From: an uncultured Acidobacteriota bacterium
GTDB lineage: Bacteria > Acidobacteriota > Thermoanaerobaculia > Multivoradales > SZUA-115
Direction of reading: 5' to 3'
DNA length: 64,000 nt
Assembly: GCA_963805975.1 (NCBI GenBank)
Contig: CAWDVR010000003.1
Coordinates: 736,001 to 800,000 of the forward strand
Shown here: positions 37,363-50,863 of the stretch, in pieces
How positions within the stretch are numbered: position 1 is the first letter of the stretch
Layout: every line of letters starts with the position of its first letter
The notes under the pieces: model-generated
What the model was told of the DNA's origin: nothing
Database searches by the model: none
What the model saw: the letters and a program-made list of their open reading frames with translations, nothing else
Made by a program: the position numbers and the translations under genes

Positions 37363-39243
37363 CTAGAGCGCCACCTGCGTCCCCAGCTCCACGACACGGT
37401 TGGGGGGGATGCCGAAGTACTCCGTCGCCGAGCTGGCGTTTCTCGCCATCACCCCGAACAGCCGCTTCCTCCAGCGTGCCATGCGGCCACGGCCGGTGGG
37501 CAGGATGGTCTCGCGGCCGAAGTAGAAGCTGGTGCGGGCGAGATTGATGGAGTGGTCGCCGAGCTTGGTCTCGGCGAGCGACTGGGTGACGTTGGGGGCG
37601 CTCATGAAGCCGTGGCGCAGGACCATGCGGTAGAGGCCCGATCCCAGCTCTACGACCTCCACCCGCTGGTCGGGCGGAACGTCGGGCACCCGCTCCGCCA
37701 CGACCGACAACAGCACCACCTGTTGGTGCAGCACTTCGTTGTGCTTCAGGTGGTGCAGGAGCACGGGCGGCACACCCTTCTGCTCGCGGGTCATGAACAC
37801 CGCCGTGCCGGGCACCCGGGGCGGGTTGCGGTTCGCGACCTCGGCCAGGAAGGGCTCCATGTCGAGGATCGAATCGCGGAAGGTCTCCCGCAGGAGCAGG
37901 CGTCCCTTGCGCCAAGTGGACATCAGAACGTAGAGCACACCGCCCACCGCCAGCGGAACCCAGCCGCCGTGCACGATCTTGACGACATTGGCGCTGAGCA
38001 GCGCCAGCTCGATGATCAGAAAGCAGCCCGCCACCAGGCCGGCGCGGAGACGGCTCCACTGCCAGTGGGTACGGGCCACGAAGTAGAACAGGATCGTGGT
38101 CACCGCCATGCTGCCGGTCACCGACAGGCCGTAGGCCGCAGCCAGAGCGCTCGAGCTGCGGAAGGCGAGGACCAGCGTCACACACGTCAGCATCAGCAGC
38201 GTGTTGATCCGCGGGACGTAGATCTGGCCTTCGTAGCGGTCCGAGGTATGGACGATCTCGACCCGTGGGATGTACCCGAGGTTGACTAGTTGCTTGGTCA
38301 GAGAGAAGGAGGCGGAGATCAGGGCCTGGGAGGCGACGACGGTGGCGGCGGTGGCCAAAAGGACTAGAGGGAAGCGGCCCCACGACGGCGCCAGCTCGTA
38401 GAAGGGGTGGATGGCGTCGGCCGGGGTCTGGAGCAGGAGGGCTCCCTGGCCGAGATAGTTGAGCACCAGGGCCGGAAAGGCCACCGTGAACCACGAGAGC
38501 CGGATGGGGAGACGCCCGAAGTGCCCGAGATCCGCGTACAGCGCCTCGCCTCCGGTCACCGCCAGCACCACCGCGGAGAGGACCAGGAAGCCGGTCGGGC
38601 CGTTCTCGAGAAAGAACCGCAGGGCGTGGATGGGGTTCAGGGCGGCGAGGACGCGCGGCTCGGCGAGGATCCCTCGCACCCCGAGCAGGGCCAGGACCAC
38701 CATCCAGACCAGGATCACCGGGCCAAAGACGAAGCCGATCGATCCGGCGCCTCGCTTCTGCGCCGCGAAGAGGACGAGCAGAATGCCGACGGTCAGTGGG
38801 ACGACGAGCTGCGAGAGGCCCGGTGCCGCGATCGTCAAGCCCTCGACCGCCGAGAGCACGGAGATGGCCGGGGTGATCATGCCGTCGCCGTAGAGCAACG
38901 AAGCGCCCACCAACCCCAGGACGATGAAGGCCGCGCGCCGCCGGCCGGAGGCGCGGCTATCGGTCAGCAGGGTGAGCAGTGCCAGGATCCCGCCCTGACC
39001 TTGGTGGTCGGCCCGCAGCAGCAGGCCGAGGTATTTGACCACCACCAGCACCACGATGGTCCACAGCATGAGCGAGATGACGCCCAGGACGTTGACGTCG
39101 TTGATCGCAATGGCGAAGGGTCCGTAGAAGGCCTCCCGGACCGCGTAGAGGGGGCTGGTGCCGATATCGCCGTAGACGATGCCCAGGGCGCCCAGGGACA
39201 GCAGCGCCAGCTCGCGCCGCCCCCCGGTTCCAGAATGGCTCAT
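37363..39243 (-). CDS. kup: KUP/HAK/KT potassium transporter
   Basis: GIVYGDIGTSPLY, GDGMITPAISVLSAVEG, GGEALYADLGHF, EGQIYVP, VVELG. Confidence 0.97.
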   Translation of the reverse strand: MSHSGTGGRRELALLSLGALGIVYGDIGTSPLYAVREAFYGPFAIAINDVNVLGVISLMLWTIVVLVVVKYLGLLLRADHQGQGGILALLTLLTDSRASGRRRAAFIVLGLVGASLLYGDGMITPAISVLSAVEGLTIAAPGLSQLVVPLTVGILLVLFAAQKRGAGSIGFVFGPVILVWMVVLALLGVRGILAEPRVLAALNPIHALRFFLENGPTGFLVLSAVVLAVTGGEALYADLGHFGRLPIRLSWFTVAFPALVLNYLGQGALLLQTPADAIHPFYELAPSWGRFPLVLLATAATVVASQALISASFSLTKQLVNLGYIPRVEIVHTSDRYEGQIYVPRINTLLMLTCVTLVLAFRSSSALAAAYGLSVTGSMAVTTILFYFVARTHWQWSRLRAGLVAGCFLIIELALLSANVVKIVHGGWVPLAVGGVLYVLMSTWRKGRLLLRETFRDSILDMEPFLAEVANRNPPRVPGTAVFMTREQKGVPPVLLHHLKHNEVLHQQVVLLSVVAERVPDVPPDQRVEVVELGSGLYRMVLRHGFMSAPNVTQSLAETKLGDHSINLARTSFYFGRETILPTGRGRMARWRKRLFGVMARNASSATEYFGIPPNRVVELGTQVAL

Positions 39244-39467
39244 CGAGGTCTCTTTCGTAGAGGCTGGATCGGTAGGTCCAAGGGGAATCACAGCCGCCGG
39301 CGGGCGAGCGCCCTTTACGGGCTGGGGCCAGATCGAGGCTTGAAAGATTACTCTAGCTCAAGTCGGGACCCGCCGGCAGGCGGCGGCACTCCCTTGGGTT
39401 GGGAGGCGCCGGAACAGTAGAATCCGCCCTCCAGACAACCGTCCCGCCGACCCGAGGGCCTCTCCTC

Positions 39468-40118
39468 TTGCTCCATGACCTGCTCGACCTGTTCCTGCAC
39501 CTCGACCGCCACCTCGCGGAGCTCATCGCCACCTATGGCGGCTGGACCTACCTGATCCTGTTTCTGATCGTCTTCTGCGAGACCGGCCTGGTGGTGACGC
39601 CCTTCCTGCCGGGCGACTCGCTGCTGTTCGCAGTCGGCGCCTTCGCGGCGCTCGGCATCCTCGATCTGACGCTGGCCTTCGTGCTGCTCCTGGCGGCGGC
39701 GGTCCTGGGCGACACCGTGAACTACTGGATCGGCCGGACCCTGGCGCCGCGGATCGTCTCGGGGAAGAAGCTTCGCCTGGTGAAGCAGGAGCACTTGGAC
39801 CGCACCCATGCCTTCTTCGAGCGCTACGGCGGCAAGACCATCGTCATCGCCCGCTTCGTGCCCATCGTGCGCACCTTCGCGCCCTTCGTCGCCGGCGTCG
39901 GCAGCATGAGCTATGGCCGCTTCATGAGCTACAACGTGGTGGGTGGCCTGATCTGGGTGACGAGCTGCCTCGCGGCGGGCTACTTCTTCGGCAACCTGCC
40001 CTGGGTGCGCGACAACTTCAGCGTCGTGGTGCTGGGGATCGTGGCGGTATCGCTGTTGCCGGCCGTGGTCGAGTACCTGCGCCACCGGCGGGAGAGCGCG
40101 AGAGACCGGAAGGTGTAG
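39468..40118 (+). CDS. dedA: DedA family membrane protein
   Basis: FCETGLVVTPFLPGDSLLF, GDTVNY, ARFVPIVRTFAPF; start codon (TTG) uncertain. Confidence 0.92.
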   Translation: MLHDLLDLFLHLDRHLAELIATYGGWTYLILFLIVFCETGLVVTPFLPGDSLLFAVGAFAALGILDLTLAFVLLLAAAVLGDTVNYWIGRTLAPRIVSGKKLRLVKQEHLDRTHAFFERYGGKTIVIARFVPIVRTFAPFVAGVGSMSYGRFMSYNVVGGLIWVTSCLAAGYFFGNLPWVRDNFSVVVLGIVAVSLLPAVVEYLRHRRESARDRKV

Positions 40119-40142
40119 GGGCGCACGGCCGTGCGCCCCTAC
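40115..40142. repeat. GTAG-family REP palindrome between convergent genes
   Basis: Perfect 28-bp palindrome GTAGGGGCGCACGGCCGTGCGCCCCTAC. Confidence 0.75.
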
Positions 40143-40161
40143 GAGGATGCGACCGGCTGCG

Positions 40162-42621
<2,460 letters not shown>

Positions 42622-42774
42622 AGTACCTCCAGGTTCGAAACAGGGGATGTGGACGGCAACACGAACCCCTCCCGGCCGCCGGCCGGAGGGCCCTCGCGGG
42701 CTCCCGGCCTCGGTCTGGAAGGGGCTGGAACTTGCGTAGTTTACGCGATCAGGCGGCGGGTGTCAGGCAGGGTG

Positions 42775-43185
42775 CTACCGGATGTCGTCGAAAACGAGGC
42801 CGATGTTCTCGGCGCCGTTCTTCTGCACCATGTCGAGGAACTCCGCGACCTTGCCGTACTCGAGCTCGCCGTCGGCGGCGAAGAAGGCGATCTTGGAGCT
42901 GCGCCCCTGCATGACCTCTTGCAACCGGAAAGGAAACTCGGAGGCCGGAATCAGATCCTTGTTGATGTAATAGCGCCCGTCGCGATCCATCCGCACGATG
43001 ATCTGGTCGGTATTGGGCAGCACCACCTGCGTCTCGAGCTTGGGCGGCAGGCGGGTCTCGTGGCCCACCTGCGTCAGCGGCGTGACCACCATGAAGATGA
43101 TGAGCAGCACCAGCACCACGTCGACCAGCGGCGTGATGTTGATGTCGGTCTTGTAGCCACCGCTTCCTCCTACGCTCATCGCCAT
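42775..43185 (-). CDS. ExbD/TolR family protein
   Basis: INITPLVDVVLVLLIIFMV. Confidence 0.92.
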   Translation of the reverse strand: MAMSVGGSGGYKTDINITPLVDVVLVLLIIFMVVTPLTQVGHETRLPPKLETQVVLPNTDQIIVRMDRDGRYYINKDLIPASEFPFRLQEVMQGRSSKIAFFAADGELEYGKVAEFLDMVQKNGAENIGLVFDDIR

Positions 43186-43204
43186 GTCGATGTCTCCTTC
43201 GCGG

Positions 43205-43664
<460 letters not shown>

Positions 43665-43681
<17 letters not shown>

Positions 43682-44351
43682 GGGAGCCACCCTTCTTGAC
43701 GAAGAAGTCGACCAGCTCGGAGGAAGAGTTGGACATCTCGACGCCGAAGCGCTCCATCTTGCCCACGAAGTAGTTGAAGCCCCAGGCCGCCGGGATGGCC
43801 ACCAGGATGCCGATGGCCGTGGTCACCAGCGCCTCGGCGATACCCGCGGAGACGGCGCCGATACCAGCGGAGCCGGAGGCGGCCATGCCGCCGAAGGCCT
43901 TGATGATGCCGACCACGGTGCCGAACAGCCCGATGAAGGGCGCGGTGGTGGCGATCGTCGCCAGGTGCGAGGTGCCCTTCTTGAGGTCGGAGGCGGCGAT
44001 CAGGGTCTCGCGCTCGATGGCGCGCTGCGCTGCTTCGATCTTCTCGTCGGCCGACAGCGGAGCGGTCCGGTTGTCGAGCAGGTACTCGATCAGGCCGGCG
44101 CGGGTGACGCGGGCGATGTGGCTCCACTTGAACTTGGAGGCGGAGTCGGCGGCCTCCTGCAGCTTGTCCTGCTGCAGCTTCTGGGTGGCGAGCTTGGCGA
44201 ACTGCTGGGACTCTTTTCTGGCCTTGTTGAAGGCGAGCAGCCGCTCGATGGTGATGTAGAGCGACCAGATCGACAACAGGAGCAGGGTGATCACCACGAA
44301 CTTTCCGATGAATCCCATGTGCTCCCACAAGGCTCCCAAACTCATATCCAT
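43665..44351 (-). CDS. MotA/TolQ/ExbB proton channel protein
   Basis: [25 protein letters not shown]. Confidence 0.95.
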
Positions 44352-44394
44352 GGCAATCTCTCCTTTTGCGGCCGATGGTTGATTGCAGAAGATT

Positions 44395-45126
44395 CTACTG
44401 GAGCTGGAAGTTCACGGTCAGCGTGTAGTACACGGTGACCGGCCTGCCGTTGAGGGTTGCGGGCTTGAACTTCCACTTTCTCACGGTTTCCACCGCGGCG
44501 GTGTCGAGCCCCATCGGCAGCCCTTTGAGCACCTTCACGCTCTCCACGTCGCCATTCTTGTTGATCACGGCTTCGACGATCACCACGCCCTGCACGCGCG
44601 CCCGGCGCGCGACCTCGGGGTAGCGCGGCAGCGGGGCGCTGATCTTGACCGGCGCCTGGATGTTGCCGCCGACGCGCAGGATCTCTTCCTGGACCGGGGG
44701 CGGAGCCTCGGTCGGGACGCCGCCCGGAATGCCGCCCAGGCTGCCGCCGGGGACGCCACCCTCGACGCCACCGGCGACGCCGTAGTCGGAGGTCACCGGC
44801 TCGACAGAGGCCTCGGGGATCACGTCCGGGATCTCGACCGGCTGCACCGGCTCCGTCGGCACCACCACGGGCTTCTCCTGCACCGCCTCCTGCTTGGCAG
44901 CCGGCGGCGGCGGCGGTGGCGGAGGGGGAGGTGGCGGCGGCGGCGCCGCGGTGGCGTAGAAGCTGACGTTGATCGGCGGCTCCGGCACCGCTTCGACCTG
45001 CCAGTACTGGGCGAAGACGAAGCTCATCAGAGCGATCAGGTGGATGGCGACCGCCACCGGCAGATTAATAAACCGCAGTTTGGGCAGCTTGCGCTTCTCG
45101 GACTCGATCAGGGAGTGCTCGAACAT
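44395..45126 (-). CDS. TonB family energy transducer
   Basis: TM helix with conserved His, poly-Pro tract, GVxGG repeats, TonB_C domain (YPEVARR...WKFKPA). Confidence 0.92.
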   Translation of the reverse strand: MFEHSLIESEKRKLPKLRFINLPVAVAIHLIALMSFVFAQYWQVEAVPEPPINVSFYATAAPPPPPPPPPPPPPPAAKQEAVQEKPVVVPTEPVQPVEIPDVIPEASVEPVTSDYGVAGGVEGGVPGGSLGGIPGGVPTEAPPPVQEEILRVGGNIQAPVKISAPLPRYPEVARRARVQGVVIVEAVINKNGDVESVKVLKGLPMGLDTAAVETVRKWKFKPATLNGRPVTVYYTLTVNFQLQ

Positions 45127-45135
45127 GACTTCCCC

Positions 45136-45990
45136 CTAGGTTCCTGCTGCTTTGGCTTGTTGGGCGGCTTGTTTGGCTGCTTCGAGCTCGGCCTTCTGCC
45201 GCAGCTCGAGGGCCTTCTTGCGGATCTCCTCGGCCTGGGCGAGCATCTCCTGCTTCTTCACCAGGTCGGGCTCGAGCTCGATCTGCTCGCGGATCAGCAG
45301 GCCCTGGTAGACCATCGCCTCGTGATAGTCGGGCTTCAGGCGCACCGCTTCGGCCAGCACCTGCTTGCCGAAGTCGATCCACTGCTGCCGGACCACGAGG
45401 TCCGTGTCCCCGGCTTTCCGGGCCTGGTAGGCCTTGTCCCAGGCGGTGACGCCGATCGAGTAGAAGACCGCAGGGTCACTCTTCGACGCGTGGGCGCGCG
45501 CCCAGTTGTAGGCGTCCTGCAGCTTGTCCTGGCGGATGAGAACCGTGACGATGGCGCCGTCGACTTTCACGTCGGTGGGCTTCGAGGCGGCATCGGCCTT
45601 CAGATACCGGAGCGCGTCTTCGTACTGCCCGGCGTTCATGAAGGTCGTCATCATGTAGTCCTTGACCTTCTCGTCGGTCGGATAGGACTGCAGGTACTTC
45701 TGGAACGACTCGATCGCGAGCTGCCCGTACTTCTTGTTCTCGGGTGTGTCGAGGTCAGGCCGGAACATGGCCATGGCGGCGAGGCCGACGGAACGGTGCA
45801 CGAAGGTAGCGGTGGGATCGAGCGCGAGGCCGTCCTGGTACTGCTTGATGGCTTCGCGGTAGTTCTCCTTCGAGTAGGCCTCGTTGCCTTTCTTCATCTC
45901 GATGCGCGCCCTCATCTTCTGGCAGCCGGCGAGCGGCAGGATCACCGCCAGCGTCAGAAGCGAGAGCGCAACAGGGGCGACTTTACGCAT
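45136..45990 (-). CDS. TPR-repeat lipoprotein
   Basis: Lipobox LAGC; TPR-like helices (GNEAY...Y.EAI..Y..GL.LDP). Confidence 0.85.
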   Translation of the reverse strand: MRKVAPVALSLLTLAVILPLAGCQKMRARIEMKKGNEAYSKENYREAIKQYQDGLALDPTATFVHRSVGLAAMAMFRPDLDTPENKKYGQLAIESFQKYLQSYPTDEKVKDYMMTTFMNAGQYEDALRYLKADAASKPTDVKVDGAIVTVLIRQDKLQDAYNWARAHASKSDPAVFYSIGVTAWDKAYQARKAGDTDLVVRQQWIDFGKQVLAEAVRLKPDYHEAMVYQGLLIREQIELEPDLVKKQEMLAQAEEIRKKALELRQKAELEAAKQAAQQAKAAGT

Positions 45991-46238
45991 GGCGATCCTC
46001 ACTCGTCCCGATCGGTTCTCATGTCAGCAGAAAAGACGGCATGCAGCTTCGAGGCATGCACCCGATCGGGTCTCGCCATCAGCCTGACGGGCGATCCGCG
46101 GAGCTACCGAAGCTGCTGGCTCGGAATCCATCGTTACAGAGACTCTAGCACAACAAAAGCGCTGTCCAGTCAAGCTCGAAGAGCCCTGCCGCAGCCCTCG
46201 GGCAGTGTTCCATCCCCAAGCGCTGCAATAAGTTACGC

Positions 46239-47540
46239 TCATATCGAGAGATCTCCGCGCAGCTCTCCGGCCGAGCCGTCACCGGCCCTGTCCGACTCCC
46301 CTCTCGACACCACCACGGCCGCTGCGAGGTCACCCGTGACGTTCAGAGTCGTGCGGCACATGTCGAGAAAGCGATCGACTCCCAGGATCAGTCCGATACC
46401 TTCCACCGGCACGTTCACCATCCCCAGGATCAAAGCGACCACCGGGATCGATCCCGCCGGCACGCCCGCTGTTCCGATACCTCCCAGGATGCAGATCAGC
46501 AAAACGAGTGCCTGCTGCGAGAGAGAAAGGGACACCCCGTAGAACTGCGCCAGAAAGAGCACGGTGACGCCCTCGAAGAGCGCCGTGCCGTTCTGGTTGG
46601 CGGTGGCGCCGACCGTGAGCACGAAGCGGCTCACGTGGCGGGGCAGGCGGAGGTTCTGCTCGGCCACCTTGAGGGCCGTGGGCAGGGTGGCGTTGCTCGA
46701 GGCGGTGGAGAAGGCGGTGATCATCGCCTCCTGGATGCCGCGGAAGAAGGTGATCGGGCTCATGCCGCCGGCCAGCCGCACGGCGAGCGAGTAGACGACG
46801 AACTGGTGGATGGCGAGCGCCAGGACGACCACTCCCACGTAGCGCGCGAGCTGCACCAGGATCTCGTATCCCATCTGCGCGGTGAGCGTGAAAAGGAGTG
46901 CCGCGACACCGATCGGCGCCAGCGAGATCACGATGCCGATCAGCCGCATGGTGACCTCGTAAAGGCCCTCCAGCACCTCCTCGAAGCGGCGCGCGGCCGG
47001 GGTCTTGGCGAGCGTCAGACCGATGCCGATCGCGAGCGAGAAGAACATCACCGCCAGCATGTCGCCGTCGGCCATGGCCTTGATCGGGTTCGCGGGCACG
47101 ATCTGGATCAGCAGGTCGAGCCCCGTCTTGGGCGCGGTGGCGCCGGTGATCGCCTTGGCGCGGTCGCCGGCGCCCTCGGTGAGCCGAGCCCGGGTCTCCT
47201 CCGACATGCCGTCGCCGGGGCGCAGGGTGTTGACCAGGAAGAGGCCGAGCACGACCGCGATCGAGGACACGACGACCGTATAGAGGAGCGCTTTGAGGCC
47301 GATCCGGCCCAGGCTCTTCAGGTCGCCGAGGCCGGCGACGCCCAGCGCCAGCGCCGAGAAGATGAGCGGCACCACCAGCATGAAGAGCAGCCGCAGGAAG
47401 ATTTGTCCGATCGGCTGCGAAACGTACCGGACCGCGGCGTCGAGCGAAGGGCTGCCGCTCGCCATGACGTGCGCGGCGACACCCAGGCCGGCTCCGAGCA
47501 CGCCGCCGATCAGTACTCGGGTGTGAAGAGGAATGCGCAT
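46239..47540 (-). CDS. Dicarboxylate/amino acid:cation symporter (GltP/DAACS)
   Basis: AFSTASSNATLP, GATANQNGT, GTAGVP, DRFLDMCRT.LNV.GD. Confidence 0.95.
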   Translation of the reverse strand: MRIPLHTRVLIGGVLGAGLGVAAHVMASGSPSLDAAVRYVSQPIGQIFLRLLFMLVVPLIFSALALGVAGLGDLKSLGRIGLKALLYTVVVSSIAVVLGLFLVNTLRPGDGMSEETRARLTEGAGDRAKAITGATAPKTGLDLLIQIVPANPIKAMADGDMLAVMFFSLAIGIGLTLAKTPAARRFEEVLEGLYEVTMRLIGIVISLAPIGVAALLFTLTAQMGYEILVQLARYVGVVVLALAIHQFVVYSLAVRLAGGMSPITFFRGIQEAMITAFSTASSNATLPTALKVAEQNLRLPRHVSRFVLTVGATANQNGTALFEGVTVLFLAQFYGVSLSLSQQALVLLICILGGIGTAGVPAGSIPVVALILGMVNVPVEGIGLILGVDRFLDMCRTTLNVTGDLAAAVVVSRGESDRAGDGSAGELRGDLSI

Positions 47541-47590
47541 CCTTCGCCGGCCGGCGTCGCGCCGCTATACAGCGCGCGCTTCGCCGCTCC

Positions 47591-48892
47591 TCATTCCGGC
47601 AGCTCCTCGCTCTTGGGCTCGGGCAGATAGAAGCTCGCCGCCACCCCGATCAGCAGGGCCACGCCTCCCACCCACGCCGCCGCCTGCGCCAGGGGCATCG
47701 TGTTGGCCAGCTTGGAAGTCAGGAACGCGCCACCGGTCCCGAGCACCCTGCCGCCGACGTTGACGGCGAACCCCTCGCCAGTGCCTCGCAAGTGAGTCGG
47801 CAGCACTCGCGGCAGGTAGTTGCCCCAGAAGCTCATCTGCGATACCACCAGGAGGCCGCAGGCGAAGAGGCCCCAGCGCAGGAAGTCGAGGTCCTGGGTC
47901 GGAGCCAGCCAGAAGACCAGCGGCACCACCAGCAGGGCGGGGACCTGGAAGGTGCGCAGCAGCTTGCGGCGCGAGACGATGCGGACCACCAGGAGCGCGA
48001 GCAGCACACGGCCGGTGAGGCCGCCCCACTCCTGGAGCCATTGCACGTCCTTCGAGGCCAGGGCCTGGGCCTGGGGTGCCAACGTCGAGACGTCCGGGAG
48101 CGAGCGGGCGATCCGTGGCGCTTGCTGGATCGCCCCGAAGGCCACGGTGAAGGTGGTCATCACCATCAGGGTGCTCACCAGGGTGGTGCGGCGCAGGCCG
48201 GGAGCGAAGAGCTCGGCGATCGACGGGCGCTTCAAAGTGCCCGCCGCGCGCTTCTCCTGCCAGGCGAGCGACTCGGGCAGCCAGGGCCGCACCAGGATCA
48301 GCGGCAGGGCCGGAATGACGCCCGACATCAGCGTGTAGCGCCAGGCGTCGTGCCCGCCCATGATGGCCGGCAGCGAGGCACCGTACTTGACAGCCCAGCC
48401 GTAGGCCACGGTCACCAGCAGCCCGCCCAGGGAACCGAACGCCTGGGTGTAGCCCAACACCTTCTCGCGCAGCTTGGGCTCGGGGAAGAGCTCGGCCAGC
48501 CAGGCCACCCCGGCGATGAACTCCACACACACCCCGGCGAAGGTGAAGCAGCGCAGCACGAGCAGCATTTGGGGCGAGGTCGAAAAGCCGGCGGCGAAGG
48601 CAGAGAAGGCATAGATCAGGATGCTCCACACCAGCACCCGGCGGCGGCCGAAGCGATCGGTGAGGTAGCCGCCCACCAGCCCCAGGAGGCCGCCAAAGAT
48701 CGCCGGCACCCAGAACAGAAGCCCCACCCAGTGGTTGAGCTCCGGGCTGTTGGGCGCCGCGCCCAGAAGCTGAGCCAGCGCCGGGGTGGCGACCAGCGGC
48801 AGCATCAGCAGCTCGTAGGTGTCGAACATGAAGCCGAGCGAGGCGATGGCGCAGATCAGCCACTGCAGAGGAGTGAGGCGGGACAGGCGCAT
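47591..48892 (-). CDS. MFS transporter
   Basis: Motif A GYLTDRFGRRR; about 12 TM helices. Confidence 0.92.
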   Translation of the reverse strand: MRLSRLTPLQWLICAIASLGFMFDTYELLMLPLVATPALAQLLGAAPNSPELNHWVGLLFWVPAIFGGLLGLVGGYLTDRFGRRRVLVWSILIYAFSAFAAGFSTSPQMLLVLRCFTFAGVCVEFIAGVAWLAELFPEPKLREKVLGYTQAFGSLGGLLVTVAYGWAVKYGASLPAIMGGHDAWRYTLMSGVIPALPLILVRPWLPESLAWQEKRAAGTLKRPSIAELFAPGLRRTTLVSTLMVMTTFTVAFGAIQQAPRIARSLPDVSTLAPQAQALASKDVQWLQEWGGLTGRVLLALLVVRIVSRRKLLRTFQVPALLVVPLVFWLAPTQDLDFLRWGLFACGLLVVSQMSFWGNYLPRVLPTHLRGTGEGFAVNVGGRVLGTGGAFLTSKLANTMPLAQAAAWVGGVALLIGVAASFYLPEPKSEELPE

Positions 48893-48918
48893 CGGGCTCC
48901 CTCTCTTGCGGTCAGTAG

Positions 48919-50700
48919 CTAGCGGCCGGCGCGTGCGGTGCCCAGGCGTAGGACCGATGCCCAGCCCAGAAGGCCGACGGCGAGGCCCGCGACGGCGCAC
49001 CAGGTCGCGATCGTGGCGCGCAGCGAGATGCCGGTATCGAAGAGGCTGGCTACGAGCCCGGCGATCGGCACCTGGTGGGGCATGAGAATGAGACCGATCC
49101 CCGCGGCCAGGAAACCGAGGCTGGCGAGCGACAGGCCTCCCGGGGTCTTCGTCGGCCGGCCCAGCTTCTGGCCCACCTTGCTGTGCGTGAAGCCGTAGGT
49201 CGAATAGACGGCCATCCCCAGCGCCAGCCAGCCGATGAATCGCCACCAGGAGGTCGGCGGCAGGAAGACCATCAAGCCGATGCACGAGGCGGCGCCCAGG
49301 AGGGCCAGTGGCCAGGCCCCGAGGCCGGGCACGCTCGGCACGCGGAAGCCGCTGCCGTGCTCGATCTCGCCCCTCGCCTCCTTGCGGCGCAGGAGCGGGA
49401 TGCCGATGCAGACCAGAACGAAGGCGAAGAGGGTGCCGATGTTGGTCAGGTCGACCATCTCGTCGATGTTCGCGACCCCGGCGATCAGGCCTACCACGAG
49501 GCCGGTGATGATGGTGGTGACGTGCGGCGTCTTGAACCGCGGGTGCACCCTGGCGAAGGTCTGCGGCAGCAGGCCGTCACGAGCCATGGCAAAGAAGATG
49601 CGCGGCTGGCCGAGCTGGAACACCAGCAGCACCGCCGTCAGGGCCACGACCGAGCCCAGGGCCACCAGGATGTTGGCGAAGTCGAAGTTGAGACCACCGC
49701 CGGCGGCCGTGCCCGCGGCGTGCTTGAGCGCCAGCGTCAGCGGCTCGGCGCGCTCCGTGGGAGAGGCGCTCTCGAGCACCGAGTAGGGGATCAGGCCGAT
49801 GAACACCGCGGAGACCACGATGTACAGCACGGTGCAGATGATGAGCGAGCTGAAGATGCCGATCGGCAGGTCGCGTTGCGGGTTCTTGGTCTCCTCCGCC
49901 ACCGTGGAAACGGCGTCGAAGCCGATGTAGGCGAAGAAGACCACGGCCGCTCCGGTCAGCGTTCCCTTCCAGCCGTTGGGTTGGAAGGGAACCCAGTTGG
50001 CCGCCATCTCCGAGGGCGACAGCAGCCACAGGCCCACGCCGACGAAGAACACCAGGATCAGCACCTTGAAGATCACCATCGCGGCGTTGAAGCGGGCCGA
50101 CTCGCGGATGCCCCACACCAGGACGGCGGTCACCGCGAGGACGATGGCGAAGGCCAGGACGTTGAAGACGATCGGGATCCCGAACAGGTGAGGCGCCTGA
50201 TCCAGCAACCCGGCCTTGGCGGCGCTCCGGTAGTCGGTCGAGAGCCAGATCGGAACGTCGATGCCGAGCCCGGACAGGAGGCTGCGGAAATAGCCCGCCC
50301 AGCTGATCGCCACCGCCACGTTGCCGATCGCGTACTCGATGATCAGGTCCCAGCCGATGATCCAGGCCACCAGCTCACCCAACGTGGCGTAGGAATAGGT
50401 GTAGGCCGAGCCCGAGATCGGCACCCGCGAGGCGAACTCGGCATAGCAGAGCGCGGTGAAGGCGCAGACCACCGCGGTGATGACGAAGGAGAGCATCAGC
50501 GACGGCCCGGCGCCGACGCGCACCGCGTCGCCGGCGGTGGCCGTGCCCACGGTGGTGAAGATGCCGGCGCCGATGATCGCGCCGACGCCGAGGAGCGTGA
50601 TCTGGAGCGGCCCCAGGGCGCGCTTGAGAGAGGAGCTCGGGTCGGAAGCCGAGGCCAGGATCTCGTCTAGGCTTTTGGTATGCAAGAGGGTACGGAGCAA
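48919..50700 (-). CDS. APC-family amino acid permease (CAT-like)
   Basis: GAIIGAGIF, CYAEFAS..P.SGSAY, FFAYIGFDAVST. Confidence 0.93.
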   Translation of the reverse strand: MLRTLLHTKSLDEILASASDPSSSLKRALGPLQITLLGVGAIIGAGIFTTVGTATAGDAVRVGAGPSLMLSFVITAVVCAFTALCYAEFASRVPISGSAYTYSYATLGELVAWIIGWDLIIEYAIGNVAVAISWAGYFRSLLSGLGIDVPIWLSTDYRSAAKAGLLDQAPHLFGIPIVFNVLAFAIVLAVTAVLVWGIRESARFNAAMVIFKVLILVFFVGVGLWLLSPSEMAANWVPFQPNGWKGTLTGAAVVFFAYIGFDAVSTVAEETKNPQRDLPIGIFSSLIICTVLYIVVSAVFIGLIPYSVLESASPTERAEPLTLALKHAAGTAAGGGLNFDFANILVALGSVVALTAVLLVFQLGQPRIFFAMARDGLLPQTFARVHPRFKTPHVTTIITGLVVGLIAGVANIDEMVDLTNIGTLFAFVLVCIGIPLLRRKEARGEIEHGSGFRVPSVPGLGAWPLALLGAASCIGLMVFLPPTSWWRFIGWLALGMAVYSTYGFTHSKVGQKLGRPTKTPGGLSLASLGFLAAGIGLILMPHQVPIAGLVASLFDTGISLRATIATWCAVAGLAVGLLGWASVLRLGTARAGR

Positions 50701-50863
50701 AACATCCTCCCTGAGAGAAAGCGCTGGACCGGACCGTCGGCGTGCGCGGGATTGTACAGGAGAAAATTGCCGAGCAGGGCTGCTACACTACGCCGCCAGC
50801 AAGTCACTACAGAGCTCGCGGGCGGAGGTCGCACCGCGCGGTCCGCGGAGGGTCGGTGCCAGG

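Noticed and set aside
39244-39460. c-di-AMP (ydaO) riboswitch upstream of kup
   Set aside because: The conserved GCTGAATCC/GGGG..CC elements could not be found on the coding strand.
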